The notes under the pieces are model-generated. The model was not told the origin of the DNA. It did not search any database and saw nothing but the letters and a program-made list of their open reading frames with translations. A stretch of 32,000 nucleotides of DNA from Microcystis aeruginosa NIES-843. Lineage in GTDB: Bacteria > Cyanobacteriota > Cyanobacteriia > Cyanobacteriales > Microcystaceae. The position numbers and the translations under genes are program-made. This document shows positions 19,318-28,313 of the stretch, piece by piece. Each line of letters starts with the position of its first letter. The first letter of the stretch is position 1. The stretch is from positions 1,290,001 to 1,322,000 of the forward strand of contig NC_010296.1 in assembly GCF_000010625.1 (NCBI RefSeq), given 5' to 3'.

Positions 19318-20349
19318 ATGAAATTTAGTGAAATTGCCCAAAAATTAAGTCCTTTAGTACAATCCCAGAGTTTGACCGCCTATCCCGACAGAAATCCCCA
19401 AATTAAAGCCATAACTCCCATCGAAACCGCCCTAGTCGATACCATTAGCTATATCGAAGGGGGAAAATTTGCTTCCTTTGTCGCCAAAACTGACGCTACT
19501 GCCCTAATTCTGCCCCTGGATAGCAATTTACAACAACAGGCCGACGAACGCGGCATCGCTTGGTTAGCTAGTGCCAATCCCCGACTTTTATTCGCCCACG
19601 CCATCAAATTATTCTATCAACCCTTTCAGCCCCAACCCTACATTCACGCCACCGCCGTGGTGCATCCATCGGCTAAAATCGGCCATAAAGTCGCCATCGG
19701 GGCCCATGCCGTGGTAGAAGCCAATGTCACCCTCGGTGATGGTGTTTGCATTCATCCTAACGCCGTTATTTACCCCGGGGTGCATATTGGTGATCGCACA
19801 ATTCTCCACGCTAACTGTACCATCCATGAACGGGTACAAATCGGCAATGATTGCGTTATCCACAGTGGCGCCGTTATCGGTGCTGAGGGCTTCGGTTTTG
19901 TGCCGGTTCCCGAAGGCTGGTTTAAGATGGAACAATCCGGTATCGTGGTCTTAGAAGATGGGGTAGAAATTGGCTGTAATAGCACCGTTGATCGCCCGGC
20001 AGTGGGAGAAACCCGCATCGGTAGCCAGACTAAGATCGATAATCTCGTCCATATTGCCCATAATTGCCAAATTGGCCAAGCTTGCGCCCTAGCAGGACAG
20101 GTGGGCATGGCAGGAGGCGTAAAATTGGGCAATCGCGTTATTTTAGCAGGACAGGTGGGCATTGCCAATCAAGCAGCGATCGGGGATGGTGCGATCGCAA
20201 CCGCCCAAACTGGCATTCACAACGATATCGGGGCAGGAGAAGTGGTTTCTGGCTCTCCCGCTATGCCGCATAAACTATTCCTCAAGGTAGCAGCCGCTTA
20301 CAAGCGTTTACCCGAAATCTATCAAGCGGTTAAGCAGTTGAAAAAATAG
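19318..20349 (+). CDS. lpxD: UDP-3-O-acylglucosamine N-acyltransferase
   Basis: 343 aa. It has the N-terminal LpxD-type domain, a long left-handed beta-helix of hexapeptide repeats (IG..V.IG.., repeated), and a C-terminal helical tail. Confidence 0.92.
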   Translation: MKFSEIAQKLSPLVQSQSLTAYPDRNPQIKAITPIETALVDTISYIEGGKFASFVAKTDATALILPLDSNLQQQADERGIAWLASANPRLLFAHAIKLFYQPFQPQPYIHATAVVHPSAKIGHKVAIGAHAVVEANVTLGDGVCIHPNAVIYPGVHIGDRTILHANCTIHERVQIGNDCVIHSGAVIGAEGFGFVPVPEGWFKMEQSGIVVLEDGVEIGCNSTVDRPAVGETRIGSQTKIDNLVHIAHNCQIGQACALAGQVGMAGGVKLGNRVILAGQVGIANQAAIGDGAIATAQTGIHNDIGAGEVVSGSPAMPHKLFLKVAAAYKRLPEIYQAVKQLKK

Positions 20350-20358
20350 CCCTATTCA

Positions 20359-20456
20359 GGGGACAGGAGACAGGAGACAGGAGACAGGAGATTATTTTTA
20401 TTTATTCTCCCTTCTCCCCACTTCCCCACTTCCCCACTTCCCCACACCCCACTTCC
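20359..20456. repeat. STRR arrays: (GGAGACA)x4, then (CCCCACTT)x3-4 with one CCCCACA unit
   Basis: Read directly: ggggacaggagacaggagacaggagacaggag ... ccccacttccccacttccccacttccccacaccccacttcc. Confidence 0.9.
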
Positions 20457-20462
20457 GTTACA

Positions 20463-21147
20463 GTAGAGCAGGAAGTCGCCTTCCCACCCCCTGCTTCAAA
20501 ACCGGACTTACGACTTTCGCCGTATCCGGCTCCTGAGTAACTAGGCTACTGTCATTAGTAGAATAATAATGGGAATTATTATTTCCTTGTCTATTCAACC
20601 CTCTTGGCTGTATCCCCACCAGACAAGATTGTTGGTTTTAGGGCGTATATGACCGTTGATTGTTGCTTAGACTTCCTAGTTACCCGTCCTTTGTCAGCAT
20701 ATCTTTGATATTACTCAAAGCCTTGGCTTTTAAGGACATCCTCTCCCTCTATTGACTTGCGGATGGTTTCCTACTGCCCCAAACGGGCAGAGTCAATCAG
20801 GGTTACTTCGTTCCCTATAACCATTGGTTGAACCATTAGGATGATACTGTCCACAACAGAGTAACGGGAATGCCTTACTGATAGTGGTATGAGCTATCAG
20901 CCCCAACTCTGTTAACTTTTGTTTCGAGCCTGTCAGCCTTTTGGCTCGTGGGTGTTGACGATGGTTAATTCGTATCTTCGCCCCAGGGCTATCCATAGGT
21001 TCTGGCTCAACGGGTTTCTGATTTAGGCTATCAGATACCGCTTTTTTTCCTCGCTCACTACCTCAGATGTACCAAGTCTAAAGCAGCAGGAAATGCCGTC
21101 ACTCTAGGCATCTAGAGGACAGGACTAAGGTTATTACTAACCCGCAC
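20463..21147 (-). mobile_element. ORF-less group II intron (ribozyme only, no reverse transcriptase/maturase ORF)
   Basis: The minus strand starts GTGCGGGTTAG at 21147. Domain V, GAGCCGGATACGGCGAAAGTCGTAAGTCCGGTTT (20532-20499), has the AGC triad, a 2-nt bulge and a GAAA tetraloop. A domain VI-like hairpin (GGAAG-GCGA-CTTCC) follows, ending ...CTAC. Compatible DI/DII/DIII/DIV helices are visible. The 3' boundary is uncertain by about 10 nt, and an alternative GTGCG lies at about 21240. Confidence 0.75.
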
Positions 21148-21237
21148 CTGTAGGGTTATAAAGTTATCAAGGTACTACATTTACCAAGCGGCTAATCCTC
21201 TAAACGTCTTACTGTCTAGTTTCTAGCCAACGAATCG

Positions 21238-21297
21238 CACCACACCCCACACCCCACTTCCCACACCCCACACCCTACACCCCACACCCCACACCCC
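21238..21297. repeat. STRR array of CCCCACA heptamers with variants
   Basis: Read directly: caccacaccccacaccccacttcccacaccccacaccctacaccccacaccccacacccc. It ends 8 nt before the ggt GTG start. Confidence 0.9.
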
Positions 21298-21304
21298 GAT
21301 CAAA

Positions 21305-22849
21305 GTGACTCGCAAAAGCAAGGGCGCTATCGCCGCAGGACATCCAAAAACTGCCGAAGCTGGACAATTAATCTTAGAAATGGGCGGAAATGCCTTCGAT
21401 GCGATAGTTGGCTCGATTTTAGCGGCTTTCGTGGTCGAATTCACCCTCGCTTCGGCGGGGGGCGGCGGTTTTTTACTAGCACATACCAAAGAAAAAGTCA
21501 ATACCCTTTTTGATTTTTTTTGTCAAACTCCAAAATATAAAAAACCCTTGACAAATATCGACTTTTACCCAGTGGCGATCGATTTTGGTGGTGCTAGTCA
21601 AGATTTTCACATTGGCCGAGGTGCGATCGCTACGACTGGGGCGTTACGGGGATTGGAAACAGTGCAGAAAAAACTGGGAAAATTGCCCTTTGCCGTGGTA
21701 GCGGAACCAGCGATCGAATATGCTCGACAAGGCTACATTTTGAGCCAATATAACGGCTTTTGCCTGGGTTTACTCGCTTCGATCCTGCTCAAAGATAGAG
21801 AGGGCTTAAAAGTCTATGCTCCCCAAGGAAAACTCCTCCAAGCTGGCGATCGCTGTGTGATGAGGGATTTTGCCAACAGCTTAGAGGAATTAAGCAAAAA
21901 AGGCGTAAAAGACTTTTATGAGGGAGAAATCGCCCACCAAATCGCCAAGGATATGCAGGAGGGTGGTTATCTCACCCTAGAGGATTTAAATCATTACCAA
22001 GTCCTTGAGAGAAAACCCCTAAAAACCGAATATCGGGGTTACGAAATACTGACTAATCCGCCTCCTAGTTCTGGGGGAATTCTCCTAGCTTTTGCCCTAA
22101 AATTACTAGAAGCAGTTAATTTATCGGCTTTAGAGCATCTAGGAGCCAAACATCTGCAAATTTTAACGGAGGTGATGGCCTTAACCAATCAAGCGCGCGC
22201 CCAAGGCTACGATAATTTTATCCATCAGGAGGGAATCGAAGAGCAATTCCTCTCGTCGGAATTTTTAGGCAAATATCCCAATAAATGGGGCAGTACCACC
22301 CATATTAGTGTTATCGATGGGGAAGGTAATGCCGCCAGTGCCACCTTTTCCAACGGGGAAGGATCAGCTTATACCGTGCCGGGGACGGGAATTATGCTCA
22401 ATAATATGATCGGGGAAGCGGACTTAAATCCCTTTGGTTTTCACAATTGGCCGGTTGATCGTCGTTTATCCTCAATGATGTCCCCGACGATGATTTTAGA
22501 GGAAGGAAAGCCGCGATTTGTTCTCGGTTCTGGGGGTTCCAATCGCATTCGCACCGCTATTTTGCAGGTTATTAGCAATTTAATCGATTTTCGGCAATCT
22601 TTAGCTGATGCGATCGCTGCCTCGCGCATACATTGGGAAAATCAACAATTAGGAATTGAACCTTTAGAAGATCGGGAAAATATGCTCAAAAATCTGGTTT
22701 TACCCGCAAATACTCAAGTATCCCGTTGGCAAGAACAAAATATGTTTTTTGGGGGTGTGCATGGGGTGGCAGTGAATGATCGGGGGGAATTAACCGCTAC
22801 GGGCGATCCGCGTCGGGATGGAGTAGGATTAGTGATTAGGGATTTTTAG
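21305..22849 (+). CDS. ggt: Gamma-glutamyltransferase family protein (no obvious signal peptide)
   Basis: N-terminal GAIAAGHPKTAEAGQLILEMGGNAFDA block. The autoprocessing/nucleophile site is GSTTHISVIDGEGNAAS. Also present are MLNNMIGE and the C-terminal GGSNRI and GDPRRDG blocks. Confidence 0.88.
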   Translation: MTRKSKGAIAAGHPKTAEAGQLILEMGGNAFDAIVGSILAAFVVEFTLASAGGGGFLLAHTKEKVNTLFDFFCQTPKYKKPLTNIDFYPVAIDFGGASQDFHIGRGAIATTGALRGLETVQKKLGKLPFAVVAEPAIEYARQGYILSQYNGFCLGLLASILLKDREGLKVYAPQGKLLQAGDRCVMRDFANSLEELSKKGVKDFYEGEIAHQIAKDMQEGGYLTLEDLNHYQVLERKPLKTEYRGYEILTNPPPSSGGILLAFALKLLEAVNLSALEHLGAKHLQILTEVMALTNQARAQGYDNFIHQEGIEEQFLSSEFLGKYPNKWGSTTHISVIDGEGNAASATFSNGEGSAYTVPGTGIMLNNMIGEADLNPFGFHNWPVDRRLSSMMSPTMILEEGKPRFVLGSGGSNRIRTAILQVISNLIDFRQSLADAIAASRIHWENQQLGIEPLEDRENMLKNLVLPANTQVSRWQEQNMFFGGVHGVAVNDRGELTATGDPRRDGVGLVIRDF

Positions 22850-23109
22850 GTAATGGGTACAACTTGCAGGCGTAACCCAAGTGCTGGCAAAACCTTAAGA
22901 ACTGTAGCAAACTCTGGATTACCCTGATTCGACAAAGATTTATAGAGACTCTCCCGTCCCAAACCCGTCTCACGAGCAATATCGCCTAATGCTGCCACTA
23001 CTAAGCTAGGATCGCCCTCTTCGAGGGCAGCTTCCAGATAAGCGGCGATATTTTCTTTTGTTTTCAAATGATCTGCTGCATCCCAAGGATAAGTCTGAAT
23101 TGTAGCCAT
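22846..23109 (-). CDS. Addiction-module antidote protein (HigA-like, the family usually found downstream of an HI1419-type killer gene), possibly internally deleted
   Basis: PWDAADHLKTKENIAAYLEAALEEGDPSLVVAALGDIAR...GLGRESLYKSLSNQGNPEFATVLKVLPALGLRL matches the family consensus as I remember it. About 9 residues of the HTH (ARGMxQhAx) appear to be missing. Confidence 0.75.
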   Translation of the reverse strand: MATIQTYPWDAADHLKTKENIAAYLEAALEEGDPSLVVAALGDIARETGLGRESLYKSLSNQGNPEFATVLKVLPALGLRLQVVPIT

Positions 23110-23119
23110 AGAGAACCTC

Positions 23120-23179
23120 CTATAAGTATTGGGCTAAATCTAATGCTGTTCTAATGTCCCGTTCAAAATCAATCGAATC
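23120..23179 (-). pseudogene. C-terminal relic of the cognate addiction-module killer (RelE/ParE-superfamily, HI1419-type) gene
   Basis: The minus-strand frame just upstream of the antidote ATG reads DSIDFERDIRTALDLAQYL*. This resembles the ...Q..DI..A..LA..L terminus of the killer family. An in-frame stop lies directly upstream, and there is no room for a full gene before 23263. Confidence 0.35.
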
Positions 23180-23310
23180 TTATTTTAGCTGGTGCTTAAA
23201 AGACGGTGGCTTTCATGCTCCCGTGTTACTATCGGTAATTAGTAATCGGCCAACATAGTGGTGTGAGCTTATTTACTTCTTATCGTTTACTGTTTACTTT
23301 CGAGATACTC

Positions 23311-24846
23311 ATGTTGCTCTTGCGTTATGGTATTACCGTGAGTGCGGTGCTTGGGTTGATTTTCTTGGCTGAATCCTCGGTTAAGGCACAAACTCAGTCC
23401 GCTGCCGATTTATTGAAGAAACCGCAACCTACTGCCAATCCAGTTTCTCAATTACCCGGTCCATCGGCGGCACCGGCAACCACGGAAGCGGATCCCAAAG
23501 CCCCTAATTATCTTAATCCTAGTGGCAATCCCCTAATTTTTCCCACCAAACCGGATGAGGTGAATATTAGGGTAGTACAACCGCTCACCTTAAATCAAGC
23601 GATCGAATTAGCTTTAAAAAATAATCAGACCTTACAGACCGCCCGGATTAATTTGGAAATCGCTCGCGCCCAATTAAAGGAACAACAGGCGGCTTTATTG
23701 CCCACTGCCCAGGCGGAAACCAGTCTCACTCAAGATCAATCGGCAGCTGCCCAAAGACAGAATAATTTGGCTCGTCAACAGGGCATCCCAGCAGTTACAC
23801 CCGAGGATAGTACCAACCTTCAGGGTAGTGTTCAGATCGTCTATGGGGTTTATACAGGGGGTGAACGGGCAGCCCAGATCAAAAGGGCCGAAAAAGTGAT
23901 CCGGCAACAGGAATTAGAGGTGGAACGAGTCTCGGAACAAACTCGTTTTGATGCCACCGATGCCTATTATGAATTACAAAGGGGTGACGCTCAGGTAGCG
24001 ATCGCCCAAGCCTCGATCGAAGATGCTAGTCAAAGTTTACGGGATGCTCAATTATTGGAGCAAGCGGGACTAGGAACCCGATTTGCTGTCCTACAGGCGG
24101 AAGTTGACCTAGCCAACGCTAACCAAGACTTAACCCGGGCGATTTCTAACCAGCGTATTTCCCGACGGCGACTGGCACAGATATTAAGTGTCGGTCAGCA
24201 CATCGAGTTAACCGCTGCCGATGAGATTCGCGAGGCGGGAACTTGGGGCTTGAGTCTTGATGATAGTATCGTTTTGGCCTACAAAAATCGCGCAGAATTA
24301 GAACAACAACTCTTACAACGGGAAATTAGCGCAGAAGACCGCTCGATCGCCATTTCGGCGGTGATTCCCCAAGTGGACCTTCTGGGCGAGTATAATGTCC
24401 TCAACGATCTCAGTGATGAAGCTGGTTTTGGCGATGGTTTTAGGGTCGGTGGCCGGATTCGTTGGACTTTCTTTGATGGTGGTCGTGCTTTTGCTCGCGC
24501 TCGTCAAGCGGAAAGAAATATCGATCGCGCCGATACGGAATTTTCAACCCGTCGCAATGAAATTCGCCTTCAAGTGGAGGAATCCTACTATAGTTTGATT
24601 TCTAACCAAGAAAACATCAAAACTTCGCAAAAAAGCATTGAATCCGCCACGGAAAGTCTGCGATTAGCCCGTTTACGCTTTCAGGCGGGTGTGGGAACCC
24701 AAACGGATGTGATCAACTCCCAACGGGATTTAACCGATGCCAGAAGCCGTTATCTACAGGCGATCGTCGATTACAATAGATCCTTGAATAGTCTCCAGCG
24801 AGCGATTAGTAATTTACCGGATAATCGTTTGTTTGAAGTGCGTTAA
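23311..24846 (+). CDS. TolC-family outer membrane efflux protein
   Basis: Signal-peptide-like MLLLRYGITVSAVLGLIFLAESSVKAQ from the ATG at 23311. Two tandem OEP repeats with long coiled-coil heptad regions (LTLNQAIELALKNNQTLQ..., SIVLAYKNRAELEQ...). Confidence 0.85.
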   Translation: MLLLRYGITVSAVLGLIFLAESSVKAQTQSAADLLKKPQPTANPVSQLPGPSAAPATTEADPKAPNYLNPSGNPLIFPTKPDEVNIRVVQPLTLNQAIELALKNNQTLQTARINLEIARAQLKEQQAALLPTAQAETSLTQDQSAAAQRQNNLARQQGIPAVTPEDSTNLQGSVQIVYGVYTGGERAAQIKRAEKVIRQQELEVERVSEQTRFDATDAYYELQRGDAQVAIAQASIEDASQSLRDAQLLEQAGLGTRFAVLQAEVDLANANQDLTRAISNQRISRRRLAQILSVGQHIELTAADEIREAGTWGLSLDDSIVLAYKNRAELEQQLLQREISAEDRSIAISAVIPQVDLLGEYNVLNDLSDEAGFGDGFRVGGRIRWTFFDGGRAFARARQAERNIDRADTEFSTRRNEIRLQVEESYYSLISNQENIKTSQKSIESATESLRLARLRFQAGVGTQTDVINSQRDLTDARSRYLQAIVDYNRSLNSLQRAISNLPDNRLFEVR

Positions 24847-24874
24847 TTGTGGGATTTATCGCGGTGTGGTGTGG

Positions 24875-24896
24875 GGGGAGATAGCCAAATCTCCCC
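24875..24896 (+). terminator. Candidate intrinsic terminator between convergent genes
   Basis: GGGGAGAT-agccaa-ATCTCCCC (8-bp stem) followed by tatttta, about 28 nt after the TolC-family stop. Confidence 0.4.
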
Positions 24897-24900
24897 TATT

Positions 24901-25239
24901 TTAACGAGTTTGGATAATTCTAATCTGTTGTTCCCGCAATTGCTGCAGGGTGGGAGTTTCCTGTAGCTCTTGCACCTGCGGACGCAGATTATTACAACGA
25001 GAGGAATTAATGCTACCGCATTGATTTTCGATCGTGTTCTGTCGCCGCTGCTCGATTTGGGGACTGGTGCGAAAGTTTAATTGCTGATTGTATTGGGGAT
25101 ATTTTTGGTAAGCGCAGGATTCAGCCCCCGCTAAACAACGCTCACTGATAGGCAATTGGGCCAAGACTAGGTTGCCGCTAACGCAAACCCAACCCAGACC
25201 CAGAAACAAACCTGATAATAAAGAATTTTTAGTGATCAT
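24901..25239 (-). CDS. Hypothetical secreted Gln-rich protein with four Cys
   Basis: The internal Met at 25239 gives a signal-peptide-like MITKNSLLSGLFLGLGWVCVSGNLVLAQ. The upstream 49 codons of the ORF-track model look non-coding. No family recognised. Confidence 0.5.
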   Translation of the reverse strand: MITKNSLLSGLFLGLGWVCVSGNLVLAQLPISERCLAGAESCAYQKYPQYNQQLNFRTSPQIEQRRQNTIENQCGSINSSRCNNLRPQVQELQETPTLQQLREQQIRIIQTR

Positions 25240-25407
25240 CGCCAATATACCTCGGTGATCAAAAAATGTAGTCTCAGCATTGGCGGCCATGACGGTAATT
25301 ACCCGGCAGACTCTCGATCGTGATTCCACCTCTTTTATTCTAGTCAATTTTTCTCGCCCCGCCCACGATAGCTGAAAACAGCCCATTGCCAGCTTAAGAT
25401 CACTGGG

Positions 25408-27384
25408 TTAGGCGATCGTTCCCGTCAGGGGGGAACTAGGACTAGCATAGGACTTAATCGGCATTCTTCCCGCTAAATAGGCTAAACGTCCCGCTTTTGC
25501 CGCCATTGCCATGGCTTGGGCCATCATAGCCGGATTGGCCGCCATAGCGATCGCACTGTTAATTAATAAAGCATCCGCACCCATTTCCATGGCCCGGGCC
25601 GCTTCTGAGGGTGTACCGATCCCGGCATCTACCACCACGGGAATTTGGGCCGATTCGATGATAATCGCGATATTTGCCTCATTTTTAAGGCCCTGTCCCG
25701 ACCCGATCGGCGATCCCAGCGGCATAACCGTGGCGCAGCCAGCCTCCTCTAAACGTTTGGCCAAGAGAGGATCGGCGTTAATATAGGGCAGTACGGCAAA
25801 ACCTTCTTTAACTAATTGTTCGGCCGCTTGCAAAGTTCCGATCGGATCGGGTAATAAATATTTAGGATCGGGAATAACTTCGAGTTTAATAAAGTTATTG
25901 TCTTCCTGTCCCAATAATTTGGCCATTTCTCGCCCTAAACGGGCCACCCGAATCGCTTCTTCGGCCGTTTGACAACCAGCAGTGTTGGGTAACATCCAGA
26001 TTTTCGACCAATCGATCGCCGCTGCTAATCCCTCATGGCCGGGTGCGTTCGTTTGTACTCGTCTAACGGCGACGGTGACGATCTGACATTCACTGGCAGT
26101 AATACTTTCCTGCATAGTGGTCAGATTGGCATATTTGCCAGTCCCAGTCATCAAGCGGGAGTGAAAGGTTTTCCCTGCAATGGTGAGGCGATCATTCTGG
26201 GGCGATAAAAGTGCTTGGGGTTTATTCTCAATAATAGTTAAGGACATAGGTGGAATAGTAAGGGGTGATGGTCGCTTAAAGCGATCGCAGCTAAAATGGG
26301 TCAAAATGGGATTAACTTTGTCATTAATCACCAGGTCAGCGATTAAGGAAGCAGTGACAGGGGCGAGTAAAATGCCATTGCGATAGTGACCGGTGGCTAA
26401 AATCAGGTTATCACAGCTACTGCGGCCTAAAATGGGTAATTCATCCGCTGTACCCGGACGGAATCCCCACCACATTTCCTCGATTTCCCAGTCAGCTAAA
26501 GGGGGATAGAGACGGGTGGCCCGCTCAAAAAGGGTTTGTAGTCCTTGGGGTGTATTACCCGTTTGCCAGGCCACTTTTTCGGAAGTGGCCCCGATAATTA
26601 AACGACCATTGCGACGGGGAACTAGATAGGTTTGCGGACCGAATAAAACCCTAGCTAAGGTCTGGTTAGGGGGCATTTTTACTGCGGCCATTTGACCTTT
26701 GACGGGATGGATAGGGAGGGGTAAAAGTTGACTCGTCCAGGCTCCCGCCGCTAAAATGTAAATTTTTGCTTCTAATTCCCCAATTGAGGTATAAATACTC
26801 TTGACTTTTCCCTGCTTTTGCTGTATGGCGTGGACTTCTATGCCTTGGCGAATTTCTACCCCTAAATTTTCGGCCGCTTGTTGCAGCCCAGTCACTAGCT
26901 GCCGGTTGTCCACTTGTCCATCGTCAGGATACCACCAACCACCGACCACATCTTTACCTAGTCCGGGTTGGTAGAGGTGAACTGCATTGCTGTCTAACCA
27001 AATTTTATTAACTTCCTCGGTAGTAAAAGGCTGATCTAGCTCGTAAACGGGAGCAAGAATACCACAGGGATAGTAGCCGCTGTTTATTCCCGTTAAATCC
27101 TCGATTTTGCGGCTCCACTCTGGATATAGCCAGCGCGATTGTAAACAAAGATCGAGAAACGGACCCGGGGGAATCCCCTCCGCATGGGGGGCCAACATTC
27201 CCGCAGCCGCACGACTAGCGGCCTGAGCTATATCTCGAACTAGGAGGGTAACTTTTGCCCCGCGCAATTGCAAATCGACGGCGATCGCTAATCCGATGAT
27301 ACCACCGCCCACGATCAAAATTTCGCTAGTTGAGTTCTTGACCCTCCCATGGCTAAAAGCGAGGGATTCTTGGTTCAACGACAT
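25408..27384 (-). CDS. thiG: Bifunctional glycine oxidase (ThiO) / thiazole synthase (ThiG) fusion protein
   Basis: The N-terminal half has the FAD site [17 protein letters not shown] and DAO-family blocks. The C-terminal ~260 aa begin [19 protein letters not shown], with further blocks [19 protein letters not shown] and [11 protein letters not shown], which are typical of ThiG. Confidence 0.9.
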   Translation of the reverse strand: MSLNQESLAFSHGRVKNSTSEILIVGGGIIGLAIAVDLQLRGAKVTLLVRDIAQAASRAAAGMLAPHAEGIPPGPFLDLCLQSRWLYPEWSRKIEDLTGINSGYYPCGILAPVYELDQPFTTEEVNKIWLDSNAVHLYQPGLGKDVVGGWWYPDDGQVDNRQLVTGLQQAAENLGVEIRQGIEVHAIQQKQGKVKSIYTSIGELEAKIYILAAGAWTSQLLPLPIHPVKGQMAAVKMPPNQTLARVLFGPQTYLVPRRNGRLIIGATSEKVAWQTGNTPQGLQTLFERATRLYPPLADWEIEEMWWGFRPGTADELPILGRSSCDNLILATGHYRNGILLAPVTASLIADLVINDKVNPILTHFSCDRFKRPSPLTIPPMSLTIIENKPQALLSPQNDRLTIAGKTFHSRLMTGTGKYANLTTMQESITASECQIVTVAVRRVQTNAPGHEGLAAAIDWSKIWMLPNTAGCQTAEEAIRVARLGREMAKLLGQEDNNFIKLEVIPDPKYLLPDPIGTLQAAEQLVKEGFAVLPYINADPLLAKRLEEAGCATVMPLGSPIGSGQGLKNEANIAIIIESAQIPVVVDAGIGTPSEAARAMEMGADALLINSAIAMAANPAMMAQAMAMAAKAGRLAYLAGRMPIKSYASPSSPLTGTIA

Positions 27385-27532
27385 GGCTTAAAAATCTAAA
27401 GGAAATGTAACCTTGATCCTAACTCGCAATTAGTCAGCCGAGAGGAGGGAGAAGTGAGGCTACTGGCATAATTTAAGATTAAGATGATTTTTAGTCAATC
27501 TTTTCTAAGCTTCCCTTTTTCTTTAGAGCATT

Positions 27533-28159
27533 ATGACTTCCCCTGCTGTCGATCGAGTTTATCAAGGTCAATTCGGAGAGTTTACGATTACGGATAGCGA
27601 TCGCCTAGGGGTGCGTCTCTACCGTCTGGGTTTAAATTTAGCGGCTTTTAGTTTCGCTGTCGCTACAATTATAGTTCTCACCCGACCGCAATTACTGCCC
27701 CTGACTAACCTTTTATACATGGGTTTTTGTCTGGGGTTAGGCATCAGTTTATTGACTATCCATATTTATTTAATTCCCCTCCATCGTCTCCTGCAAGTTT
27801 TTTGGCTAATTGGGGCGATTACTTCCCTAATTTTCAGCCTCTATTCTCACCTTTCTCCCCTAGAATTTGTCTATAACCATCCGGTGAGTTTATTCGGTGT
27901 GGGCTTTATTTTTGCTAGTCTCACGGGGATTTATTTCAAAGAAGCTTTTTGTTTTAATCGTCTAGAAACCAAGTTTTTAACCCCTCTAGTTCCCACCCTT
28001 TTACTCGGTCATCTTTTGGGGATATTGCCCTTAAATTGGGAAAAGGGGCTATTAATTCTCTGGGCGACTTTATTCTTGATCTTTGCTCTGAGAAAGTTAA
28101 GCCAACCTCTCCCCAACGATATCGGTGATAAATCAGTCTTTGAACATCTTAACCATTGA
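27533..28159 (+). CDS. Conserved-hypothetical-type polytopic membrane protein (about 6 helices)
   Basis: 208-aa ORF, strongly hydrophobic and periodic, with no competing ORF. The family is not confidently recognised. Confidence 0.6.
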   Translation: MTSPAVDRVYQGQFGEFTITDSDRLGVRLYRLGLNLAAFSFAVATIIVLTRPQLLPLTNLLYMGFCLGLGISLLTIHIYLIPLHRLLQVFWLIGAITSLIFSLYSHLSPLEFVYNHPVSLFGVGFIFASLTGIYFKEAFCFNRLETKFLTPLVPTLLLGHLLGILPLNWEKGLLILWATLFLIFALRKLSQPLPNDIGDKSVFEHLNH

Positions 28160-28313
28160 TGAACTGATAACTGTCTCGGAGTCTCGGAGTCTCAACTAAG
28201 TAGGGAGGCACAATTATAGCGTTTACTGTTCGCAAGAGGTACATTATCGATGTTGAAAAGCTTAATTAGCAAAGGTTTAACTGTGCCACACAGGTGTGAG
28301 AACCGCTATATTT

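Noticed and set aside
19609-20273. Cluster of five overlapping ORFs (both strands) inside lpxD
   Set aside because: These are artefacts of the hexapeptide-repeat coding sequence, which lacks stops in several frames. The lpxD frame is the only one with family motifs.
20793-20996. 67-aa ORF inside the group II intron, considered as a possible intron-encoded protein
   Set aside because: It is far too short for an RT/maturase and has no RT block (no YADD-like motif). It spans predicted ribozyme helices (DI/DII region) rather than domain IV.
21223-21501. 92-aa minus-strand ORF overlapping the ggt start, and the similar ORF 28296..28658 (+)
   Set aside because: Both are read-throughs of heptamer repeat arrays and MITE sequence (poly-WGVG or PHTPH peptides). 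Both are antisense to well-supported genes.
27385-27532. Possible TPP riboswitch upstream of the thiO-thiG fusion (minus strand ...cttaatcttaaattatgccagtagcc... resembles the ...CCTGATCTGGATAATGCCAGCG... core)
   Set aside because: The invariant CUGAGA is replaced by CTTAGA. The P5 partner of GCCAG (CUGG) is absent, so the P4/P5 helices cannot form. It resembles at most a degenerate relic; cmsearch with the Rfam TPP model would settle it.
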